This document shows positions 30,001 to 38,196 of a stretch of DNA of 64,000 bases, one piece after another. Position 1 is the stretch's first letter; each line of letters opens with the position of its first letter. The stretch is from the sequence record NC_070957.1, one strand, 5' to 3'. The position numbers were made by a program, and so were the translations under genes. The notes under the pieces were generated by a model that did not search any database, was not told where the DNA came from, and worked only from the letters and a program-made list of their open reading frames with translations.

Positions 30001-31141
30001 TTGCTTCAGCTGGGTTTTTCTTGGCAAGGCTTTCCAACATTCTTTTACCAGGACCTCGGGCAAAGAAGTTGGGAAGGTTACGGACAGCAGCGCCTGCTAA
30101 ACCTCGACCAGCCATGTCTCCTAACATCCCAGCAGATACTGGCATACCGTCAGACATCTCGAGCATGTCGGCGACCATTCCCAACACACTACTGGCGCTA
30201 TCTGAAGCATCTTGCCTGGCTTCTTTACCAAAACGATCCCTGATGAGACCAGTCAGGCCGCCAACACGACGCCCTACTGTACTAAACAGGGAATCCCGCA
30301 TGTACTGTTTGGAAGCGGTGAAGTTCGATGTCTTTTGGTAATCAGACATCATCGTCCCTTTCAGGATCTTCTTCAGTTCAGCAACCTGGGCGTGCATGCC
30401 CTTTTCCATGAACTTGTAGTACTTGACGTTAGCCACATAGCCTTTCGCCATCAAGTTCAATTTGGTCTGTTCGATTTTGAACTGTACGTTGCGCTGGTAA
30501 TCGTTAAGATCACGAACACTGGTTTCGATATTGACAAGTTGGCGGTTACCGGCCATGACGGCAGAACTGATTTGACCGCCAACGTTTGCAGACATTACGT
30601 TGAGGGAGTTCGTCATTTCTGAGAACAACCCTTCTTGACGACTCATAACGCTGTCGAGTACCAAAGTCAAGTCATAATCAGACTCTTCTTCAATACCCTC
30701 CATGCTATTATAAGACCCATCACTCTTCTCCCAGTCAGAGAAATCTTTCTGGGAAAAGTCATCCATTTTGTTACGAAGGCCGCCAGGTAACTTCTCACCG
30801 AAACGGTTGGAAAGCTGGCCGGCAATGCTTTGTAATGATCTGACCGATTCGTAGTTTTGCTCTTTGAGCTCTGTCTTGAGTTCATCGTAGCGTTCGATGG
30901 CACGGTTGGTTCGGTCGAAAGCGTTACTGAAAGTGTTGGGCAAAATAGTGCGGAGTGATCTAGTGATCGCTGCACCTGACCCTACTGTTTCATTAACGAG
31001 TCCACCCAAGAACCCCGACGCCATACTTGACACGAATCCTTTACCTTTGAAAGGATCGATATCAAAATCTCCATCGAGATCGAAATCACCCGCAAACGGG
31101 TCATCCCAATCATCGAGACCGAGATCATCTTCATATGACAT
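24080..31141 (-). CDS. Tape-measure-type tail protein with a C-terminal GH19-family peptidoglycan hydrolase domain (2353 aa; phiKZ gp181 position)
   Basis: Very long helical ORF with Gly-rich hydrophobic stretches. GH19 signature [43 protein letters not shown] at about 24630-25170, then a Pro/Ala-rich tail. Confidence 0.88.
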   Translation of the reverse strand: [2353 protein letters not shown]

Positions 31142-31167
31142 TTTAATACCCCTAAGGAAAAGTTTTA

Positions 31168-32787
31168 ATGAGTCGACAACCCACTAACTTTACGTTGCTT
31201 AATCCGAGGACCTTCCCTTGGCAAGCAATGGAACCGGTTACGACAGGCGACACTTTTGAGGGACAGACTACGAACCTTCACGAAGAAGGCTTGTACTCAA
31301 CTCGCATCTTCGGACGTGTCGGTACTGATGACCGTGATAACACTGAATCCTACATCAACACCATCCTCCCCATTTTCAACCCCACCTTCTTTAAAGCACT
31401 GATTCAACTCAAGGCTTTGTATGGTGAGATCTTCAAAGGCAAGGTATATGCCAAGTGGGATCCCGAGGAAAAGGATTTCATAAAATCCAACGTCCTTGAA
31501 GGTGATACTGGTTATGCCTTCTTTATGTCTCACTATGGTGAGTTAAGTCCGGCTAGTAACGCCTCTTTCAAGCGGACACAGAAAATCCAAATGCTGGAAC
31601 GGCATCGCGACATTGCACTTCATAGTCGCATTCCTGTTATTCCAGCCGGGCTCCGTGATGTAGAGATCTCTCCTATCAACGGGCAAGTTACAGAGAACGA
31701 GATCAACGATCTTTATCGTAAACTCTTGTTCCGTAGCAAATCACTGAACATCAAGAACCCTGATGAAACAGATCCTGTCTACGATAACATCCGTTGGGGA
31801 CTCCAAGAGTCTCTTAACAATATCGATCAGTATTTGTTCGACCTTCAGGAAGGTAAACGTGGCTACATGCAACGTCGCATGTCTCGTCGTGCTGTACATT
31901 CTGCAACACGTAACGTCATTACCTCTCGTAAGGTTTCCGTTGAGGACATGGATAACAACCATACCGGTGATCCTAACTCCACTATCATCGGGATGTATCA
32001 AGCCCTGCTTGGTTACTCGCTTACCTGTCAACACGAGCTGTTGAACGGTTATCTCTCTGAGTGCTTCACTCCAGGGATGCCCACTGCTCGACTCATCGAC
32101 ACTAAGACACTCGAAAGCATTTATATCGATGTTGACCCGAGTGTTGTGGATCGGTTCACTTCTGCTGACGGGATTGTTGGTCTGATCAACAAGTTCTCTG
32201 ATCCGGAACTCCGTAACCGACCGATTAAGATCGAAGGGAAGTACCTGGCCCTGGTATATGATGACGGTAAGCGTGTTTGCTTACTCCATGATGTTAACGA
32301 TCTTCCTGAGTCCATGCCCAAGAAGTTCGTCCGTCCGGTAACTTATATTCAGTTCTTCTACATGCAGTGTGTAAAAGCAATTGAACGTAAAATGTTACAA
32401 GTTACTCGGTACCCAATTACAGGGATAGGCTCCATCTTCCCGAGTCGTGTTTTCGTCCTTCCTACCAACGCTACTTCTGAAGAGCGTCAATTGGTAGACT
32501 TGGATGGAACCGTCATCGGTGGATATCATTTCTTCCCGTATTGGACAGAACAGCCCAGTTACTTTGATGGGATGTCCATCAGCAACATACGACTTGGTCT
32601 GGCCGGTGGTGACTTTGACGGTGACCAACTTTCGGCTAACTCCATTCAGGCTGCTGACTCCATCAAGGAAATCGAAGATATGTTTGATAAACGTATTTTC
32701 TATATTTCCGGTGCTGGTGAGTTCCTTTACGACCCGGTTCAAGAACCGCACGAGTTTCTCCTTCGTGCATTAACTAATGGACTCTAA
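31168..32787 (+). CDS. Virion RNA polymerase beta-prime subunit fragment carrying the catalytic loop (phiKZ gp180-like)
   Basis: GLYSTRIFG, GKRGYMQRRMSRRAVHSATRNVI, VTRYP and catalytic GGDFDGDQ. Confidence 0.93.
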   Translation: MSRQPTNFTLLNPRTFPWQAMEPVTTGDTFEGQTTNLHEEGLYSTRIFGRVGTDDRDNTESYINTILPIFNPTFFKALIQLKALYGEIFKGKVYAKWDPEEKDFIKSNVLEGDTGYAFFMSHYGELSPASNASFKRTQKIQMLERHRDIALHSRIPVIPAGLRDVEISPINGQVTENEINDLYRKLLFRSKSLNIKNPDETDPVYDNIRWGLQESLNNIDQYLFDLQEGKRGYMQRRMSRRAVHSATRNVITSRKVSVEDMDNNHTGDPNSTIIGMYQALLGYSLTCQHELLNGYLSECFTPGMPTARLIDTKTLESIYIDVDPSVVDRFTSADGIVGLINKFSDPELRNRPIKIEGKYLALVYDDGKRVCLLHDVNDLPESMPKKFVRPVTYIQFFYMQCVKAIERKMLQVTRYPITGIGSIFPSRVFVLPTNATSEERQLVDLDGTVIGGYHFFPYWTEQPSYFDGMSISNIRLGLAGGDFDGDQLSANSIQAADSIKEIEDMFDKRIFYISGAGEFLYDPVQEPHEFLLRALTNGL

Positions 32788-32789
32788 CA

Positions 32790-35700
32790 ATGACAGAAAC
32801 CCAACTCGCGTTACTCGGTCTTGCCGGTAACGAGGCGATTGAGTACAACCAGTTTGTTAAACTCTTCGCCACGAGAGAACGGGCCAGTGATGTCGTCAAT
32901 CCCCGATACCAGTCTATCGGGGATGTGATGCTTCCACGAAGCTCTGTGTTCCATTATCAGCCTAAAGGGTTGAAAGAGATGGGACCGAGCAATACCGCTC
33001 CGTTCATCTCTAACTATGATCGTCAGATCAACATGTTCTTTAACCCCAACTACGTTCATGACCGTGGTGCCATCAAAATGGTTCCGCTTCAGATGAGCAA
33101 GTTGGAGAAAAGCTATTTGGCTGGTCACTACAACTATCGTCGCACCCGTCAGATCTCTGCGGTTGCCAGCAAGCCTGGCGAACTGCTCATTGATAACATG
33201 GCACCTGGTCGACTCCCGGTTGTTTACCGCCGCATCACCATTCAAACTGGTTTCGACCAGGCTTACAACGAACTTGCCACGTTGATGGCTAACGTTGGTC
33301 AGTTCAGTAGCTACAATCTGAACCAATTTGCCGAGTTCCCACTTCCCCGTGCTTTCCCCAGTTACAAGTTGCTGGAGTTCAAGTTCGAGAAGTACATGAA
33401 ACACTTCTTTAAGCGTTCCAAGGATGGCGAGAGTCTCGTTATGGAAGGCTGGGATAAAGAAACTCTGAAAGAGTTCCAAGCGGAATCTTCTTTCTGGCTT
33501 CTTGATCTTTATGGAATGATCATGGGTCATGGTTATGAACAGTACTCACTGTTCAACCGTCTGAACGAGAAAGCTCGTTCTCAGTTCAACATGATTTTCA
33601 CTTACAACGGTCGTTGCTGGATTGTTAATCTTCAGACCCTGATCAACCTGATCGGTTATGATGATAAACCGAGTGATAAGAAACCGTCCGCGATCAAGAT
33701 TGCGTACTTCAAGCGTTTCTACCTGTCACTGATTTCTCTGGTAACACCGATTACTCAAGAGACACCAGAGGTCAGTAACGATGAGCACGTTGTGGAAGAA
33801 GATGCTGAAAGCGAACCAGCGTCTGTCGGAGATCAAGGGAAGAACACCAATGTGGACAATCGTTCTGGTGGGGGTTCTCTTGACGACCTTTATAAGAAGC
33901 CTGTGGACGCTAAGTCTGTGGGTAAAGGACAGCCAGGCGATGTCGAACCAACTCCAGTTGGAAGTCAGGACGGAGGCAATAACAAGGAGTCGGAAGGGGC
34001 CGGATCAAACAGCGATGGAGCTGGAGATGCGACTGACGGAACAGAGTGGGGGACTGACATCCCAGATGAAGTATTCGAACGAGCTACTGTTGAACAAGCA
34101 GAAGTAGTTGCCGCTGACTCCAGCTATGGACCAACAGTTACTGCTGACCGCATTCTTCAACGTCTTGCACGTCAGGGTCAGCTGACCACTAAAGAACTCA
34201 AGTACTACACCGACATCTCTCGTAGTTATAAAGACATCGAGTTCGGTGGTCGTACCTTGGAAGAGATCGTTGACATCAAGTATAGCGATCTCGAGTTGAA
34301 GCCTGAGAAGATTGGTACCGACTCTGTATTGGTTGCCGATAAATCTGTTCAGCAATCCAGGACTCAACAGTTTGTTAATGGCTACACCAAGGAATATCTG
34401 GAACGTGACATTATCAACATGATCCTGGGTGTTCAGAACGGTGGTACCGCACTGGTTGATTTCGATCGTGAAACAACTATCACCGCCGAATCCAAGTACG
34501 ACGTGTACAAGCTTCGTCTCCAACCCGTTGAAGGTGGTGCGCTGACCACTCGGCCATTCCGTATTCCCAAGGTTGATGATGACGGCACTCTGTTCATGGG
34601 TGGGGTAAAGATCTATTGCCAGAATCTCCGTGTAGATATTCCGGTAAGAAAGATTTCTCCGACCAAGGTCAGTCTCTCTTCTTATTACGATAAGAAGATC
34701 ATGATCGAACGCAGTCCGTACAAGGTCAATGACTTTGCTGCGTGGTTGAAGGCCGCTATCCTGAACAAGAGTCGTGTGAATAAATCCCTCGTCGTCACTC
34801 TGGGTGGTCAGAAAGCAGATCAGAAAGAAGTGTGTTGGTACTACTCTGTACTCGCCAGCCGGTTCAAGGAAATTCAGTTCGGAAACTACCATTTCAAGTT
34901 TGACACCAAATCTTTGATTGGTGATAACAAGGCGTGGGGGGAACTCTGTAACGCTGAAACCTGGGTGATCGGGGTAGAAGGTGATAAACCTGTTCTGATC
35001 GACAGCTCTGGTTTGATTTCTGTGGAAGGTGAAGAGCGTGGGTACATTGAAGAAATCCTCGGTCTGGAAATCTTCAAAGCGCCGATACCGAACTGCACTG
35101 TAAACATCAACGGGTTCATGTTCCCGATCATCGCAGTGCTTTCGTATTGGGTTGGGTTCTCAGAGGTGATGAAACGCCTCAAACCTGTTTACCGGAGTAT
35201 CGAACCTGGTGTTCGTCCTCAGCTTAGTGCTGATGAATACATGGTACAACTCGCCGATGAACGACTCGTGTTCAACCGTCGTGATGAGTTCGCCACGCTG
35301 ATCTTCTCCGGTCTCGAAAACATGCCGGGTACCAAGAACTTCGCTCGTTCACAACTTGACGATCCGAACGTGTGGTTCTCCATCATCAGTAACGACAAAG
35401 TTAAACCTTCTCACTTTAGCGAAATGGGTTTGATCTACGATATGTTTATCGACCCCATCACAGCTCGTGAGTTGGAACGTCGCAAATATCCGCTGGTGAT
35501 GGACCAGTTGCTGATGGCAGCGGCTAAACTGTTGTTGAGTAACGAAGCTTCTCACGAAGTAGAAATCACCGAACAGCGGTTTGTCGGTACTGAACGTATT
35601 CCAGGTCATGTTTACCGGGAGTTCGTGAAGTCTACCCGACAGATGCGTAACAAGCCAGGTAAGAAGAAGACATTCGATCTGAACCCCGAAACAATCATGA

Positions 35701-37148
35701 TGAACATTTTGACTGACTCCTCGTTCCAAAGCGTGGAAGAGGTTAACCTTGTTCACCAGGTTAAGCAGCAAGAAGAAGTGACATTCGGTGGTTCTTTTGG
35801 TCGTACCGATCAAGCAATGGTTCGTCGTACTCGTGGTCAACTGGATAACTATGCTGGCATCATCTCTGAGGCTGGTAAGGACTCCGGTAAGGTAGGGTTT
35901 ATTTCCTACATGACGTCCGATGCAAAGATCGTCGATCTTGCTGGTAACATCGATGTTGACCTTCCTGGTACTCCTGCTGGTCGTGGTTCTATTACCGCCA
36001 ACCTGCTTTACGGCACCACTCGAGACGATACCAAGCGTTCTCTCTTTGCTGGTGTACAGCTGAGTCAGTGGATGGCTACTGATAGTTACGGTCCCGTTCC
36101 GCTCCAAACGTCCTATGACACCCAAATCGCTTATCGTACTAGCGAACTCTACTCTTCTGTTGCCAAAGATGACGGTGAAGTCATCGAAGTAACTAAAGAG
36201 GGGATGGTGGTCAAGTACAAGAACGGAAACACCGATCGGTTCTTCTTGGGATATGAGATTGGCAAGGGTGCTGGTGAAAACCACAAACACCTGAAGATCA
36301 CCGACATGAAAGTTGGTGACAAGTTCACCAAGGGTAAAGTCGTTGCTTGGGACAGTATGTTCCTGGCTCGCGATATTCGTGACCCCAACCGCGTTTGTAC
36401 CAAGCTCGGGACAATGACACGGATGGCGCTCGGTGAAGGTCAATTCACCTTCGAAGACTCGATAGCGATCAGTAAGAACTATGCGCTGAAGAGTACCACT
36501 CCTTACGTTAAGGAGAACCACTTCGTTGTGAACTATACCGATGTCATCACCATGCATGTTAAGGTGGGTGACAAGGTTGAGTACGCACAGCCTTTGGCAG
36601 ATCTGCAAGACCCGACATCCGCAACCTTTAATGATGATAGCATCATGAACGGATTGGATCGTCTGGGGATCAAACAGATCAAGGCTAAACAGGCTGGGGT
36701 AATCACCAAGGTCGAAGTCGTCTACAATGGTGACATTGAGGATGCTGATCCGTCAGTTAAGAAGTTCATCCAGCAACAAGACTCTGTCCGCGGTAAAATG
36801 GCCAAGTACCGCAACAACACGGCTACCGATGGTAACGTTGGTGGGAACACCTCTGTAGGTAAGAGCAAGGTATACCCTGGTACTGCCTCTGTCTCCATTT
36901 ACATTGAGAACAGTCTCACTACCACCGTCGCGGATAAGTTCGTTGCAGGTAACCAAATGAAGGGTACTGTCGGGTTCATCTACCCCAACCCCATCTACAC
37001 TGAAGATGGTCGAGAGGTTGATTGGTTCTTCTCCTTGAAGTCCCTTCTGAACCGCATGGTGCTCAGTCTCCGTGATAAGCTTGTTGCTAACGAAGTCAAT
37101 AACGTTTACACGATTCGCATGATCGAGAAATATCCGAGGTATGAATGA
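32790..37148 (+). CDS. Virion RNA polymerase beta subunit, N-terminal/major fragment (phiKZ gp178-like, 1452 aa)
   Basis: SEAGKDSGKVG, LFAGVQLSQW, FTFEDSIAIS and VADKFVAGNQMKGTVG; acidic low-complexity insert at about residues 325-420. Confidence 0.92.
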   Translation: MTETQLALLGLAGNEAIEYNQFVKLFATRERASDVVNPRYQSIGDVMLPRSSVFHYQPKGLKEMGPSNTAPFISNYDRQINMFFNPNYVHDRGAIKMVPLQMSKLEKSYLAGHYNYRRTRQISAVASKPGELLIDNMAPGRLPVVYRRITIQTGFDQAYNELATLMANVGQFSSYNLNQFAEFPLPRAFPSYKLLEFKFEKYMKHFFKRSKDGESLVMEGWDKETLKEFQAESSFWLLDLYGMIMGHGYEQYSLFNRLNEKARSQFNMIFTYNGRCWIVNLQTLINLIGYDDKPSDKKPSAIKIAYFKRFYLSLISLVTPITQETPEVSNDEHVVEEDAESEPASVGDQGKNTNVDNRSGGGSLDDLYKKPVDAKSVGKGQPGDVEPTPVGSQDGGNNKESEGAGSNSDGAGDATDGTEWGTDIPDEVFERATVEQAEVVAADSSYGPTVTADRILQRLARQGQLTTKELKYYTDISRSYKDIEFGGRTLEEIVDIKYSDLELKPEKIGTDSVLVADKSVQQSRTQQFVNGYTKEYLERDIINMILGVQNGGTALVDFDRETTITAESKYDVYKLRLQPVEGGALTTRPFRIPKVDDDGTLFMGGVKIYCQNLRVDIPVRKISPTKVSLSSYYDKKIMIERSPYKVNDFAAWLKAAILNKSRVNKSLVVTLGGQKADQKEVCWYYSVLASRFKEIQFGNYHFKFDTKSLIGDNKAWGELCNAETWVIGVEGDKPVLIDSSGLISVEGEERGYIEEILGLEIFKAPIPNCTVNINGFMFPIIAVLSYWVGFSEVMKRLKPVYRSIEPGVRPQLSADEYMVQLADERLVFNRRDEFATLIFSGLENMPGTKNFARSQLDDPNVWFSIISNDKVKPSHFSEMGLIYDMFIDPITARELERRKYPLVMDQLLMAAAKLLLSNEASHEVEITEQRFVGTERIPGHVYREFVKSTRQMRNKPGKKKTFDLNPETIMMNILTDSSFQSVEEVNLVHQVKQQEEVTFGGSFGRTDQAMVRRTRGQLDNYAGIISEAGKDSGKVGFISYMTSDAKIVDLAGNIDVDLPGTPAGRGSITANLLYGTTRDDTKRSLFAGVQLSQWMATDSYGPVPLQTSYDTQIAYRTSELYSSVAKDDGEVIEVTKEGMVVKYKNGNTDRFFLGYEIGKGAGENHKHLKITDMKVGDKFTKGKVVAWDSMFLARDIRDPNRVCTKLGTMTRMALGEGQFTFEDSIAISKNYALKSTTPYVKENHFVVNYTDVITMHVKVGDKVEYAQPLADLQDPTSATFNDDSIMNGLDRLGIKQIKAKQAGVITKVEVVYNGDIEDADPSVKKFIQQQDSVRGKMAKYRNNTATDGNVGGNTSVGKSKVYPGTASVSIYIENSLTTTVADKFVAGNQMKGTVGFIYPNPIYTEDGREVDWFFSLKSLLNRMVLSLRDKLVANEVNNVYTIRMIEKYPRYE

Positions 37149-38017
37149 ACAACAACCGTGAAGTCTTTGGACTGAAAAGTATCCAAAGCTTGATGCGGGA
37201 AGTTGGTCTTTATGGAGGGCGCATCGACGCCCTCTTTGGACCGTCCTGTGTCAACGCAATGAAAGCCCTGGTGGCTAATGCAAATCCGTCCTACAACCCG
37301 ATTGTAGCCGTTCCTACTTATGACGCTACCGATGTATTCAAGTGGGTACAGGAATACCTTGTGCGCGCTGGCAAGACCCCTAACGGGTTTGCCGTAGATG
37401 GTAAGTGGGGTAGTGGTACCGAAGGTGAACTCGGTAAACTCTGTAACATGTACGCTGAAGCGCATTCGCTTCCTTTCTATAGCTACGCTTGGACCGCTCA
37501 CCCCAGGATCACTCCTGAGATGGTCGCGAAGGTAGAAGCATGGATGGTGAAGTGGGGTAAGCCCAAAGAACACGTCAACTATTTGTTCAGTTGTATGGCA
37601 CTGGAAACAGGTCGTACTTTTGACGCTTCTATCAAGAACAAGCATTCCGGTGCTGTTGGACTGATCCAGTTTATGCCCGGTCCTAATGGTTCCGCTGTTG
37701 ATCTCGGAACCACCACCGATGCCTTGGCGAAGATGACCGAGGTTGACCAGCTGGACTATGTCTTCAAATACTTTGAAAAGTACGGGTACATCAAGAAGTG
37801 TGCTCGACTGGAAGACTACTACCTCACCATTTTCTATCCTGCCCATGTCGGTAAAGACCCCAACATCAAAGTTGGCGTGGAAGGAACCAAACTCTATAGT
37901 CAGAACTCTGGTTTTGACCGTGAGAAGAAAGGGTTCTACACCGTCGGTGATATCGCTTTCGCGATTACCGAATTCTACTGGGAAGGTATGGATCCGAAGA
38001 AACGTACCATTAAGTAA
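37145..38017 (+). CDS. Modular endolysin: PG-binding domain plus lytic transglycosylase (290 aa)
   Basis: PG-binding repeats IDALFGPS and VDGKWGSGT; catalytic region CMALETGRTF...GAVGLIQFMP; ATGA overlap with the RNAP gene. Confidence 0.88.
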   Translation: MNNNREVFGLKSIQSLMREVGLYGGRIDALFGPSCVNAMKALVANANPSYNPIVAVPTYDATDVFKWVQEYLVRAGKTPNGFAVDGKWGSGTEGELGKLCNMYAEAHSLPFYSYAWTAHPRITPEMVAKVEAWMVKWGKPKEHVNYLFSCMALETGRTFDASIKNKHSGAVGLIQFMPGPNGSAVDLGTTTDALAKMTEVDQLDYVFKYFEKYGYIKKCARLEDYYLTIFYPAHVGKDPNIKVGVEGTKLYSQNSGFDREKKGFYTVGDIAFAITEFYWEGMDPKKRTIK

Positions 38018-38026
38018 GGAATTCAC

Positions 38027-38194
38027 ATGTCCAAGCTGTTCGTCGACAACGTAACTACGCTGTCGAACCTCTACGAAGTCATTGCAGGAACGCTCCAGCA
38101 AGTTGGCTACGAATACCAAGCCCCTCTGTCTCCGGCAGAGGAACAGGAAGTGATCTCTCGTCAGATCAAAAACAAAGTTCTGAGTGAGGACTAA
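38027..38194 (+). CDS. Small hypothetical protein (55 aa; not in the ORF track)
   Basis: AAGGA RBS; MSKLFVDNVTTLSNLYEVIAG...VLSED exactly fills the gap between neighbouring genes. Confidence 0.7.
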   Translation: MSKLFVDNVTTLSNLYEVIAGTLQQVGYEYQAPLSPAEEQEVISRQIKNKVLSED

Positions 38195-38196
38195 TA

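Noticed and set aside
24119-30100. Several long plus-strand ORFs (519 aa, 399 aa and others) opposite the tape-measure gene
   Set aside because: Antisense shadows of a long coding sequence, with no RBS or domain evidence. The same applies to 11278-12492, 15109-16329, 16644-17711, 35349-36608, 37106-38212 and 62765-63904.
33760-34075. Low-complexity acidic/Gly insert in RNAP beta considered as an intein or intron
   Set aside because: No intein splice residues or homing-endonuclease motifs, the frame is open, and the total length fits an unsplit phiKZ gp178-like subunit.
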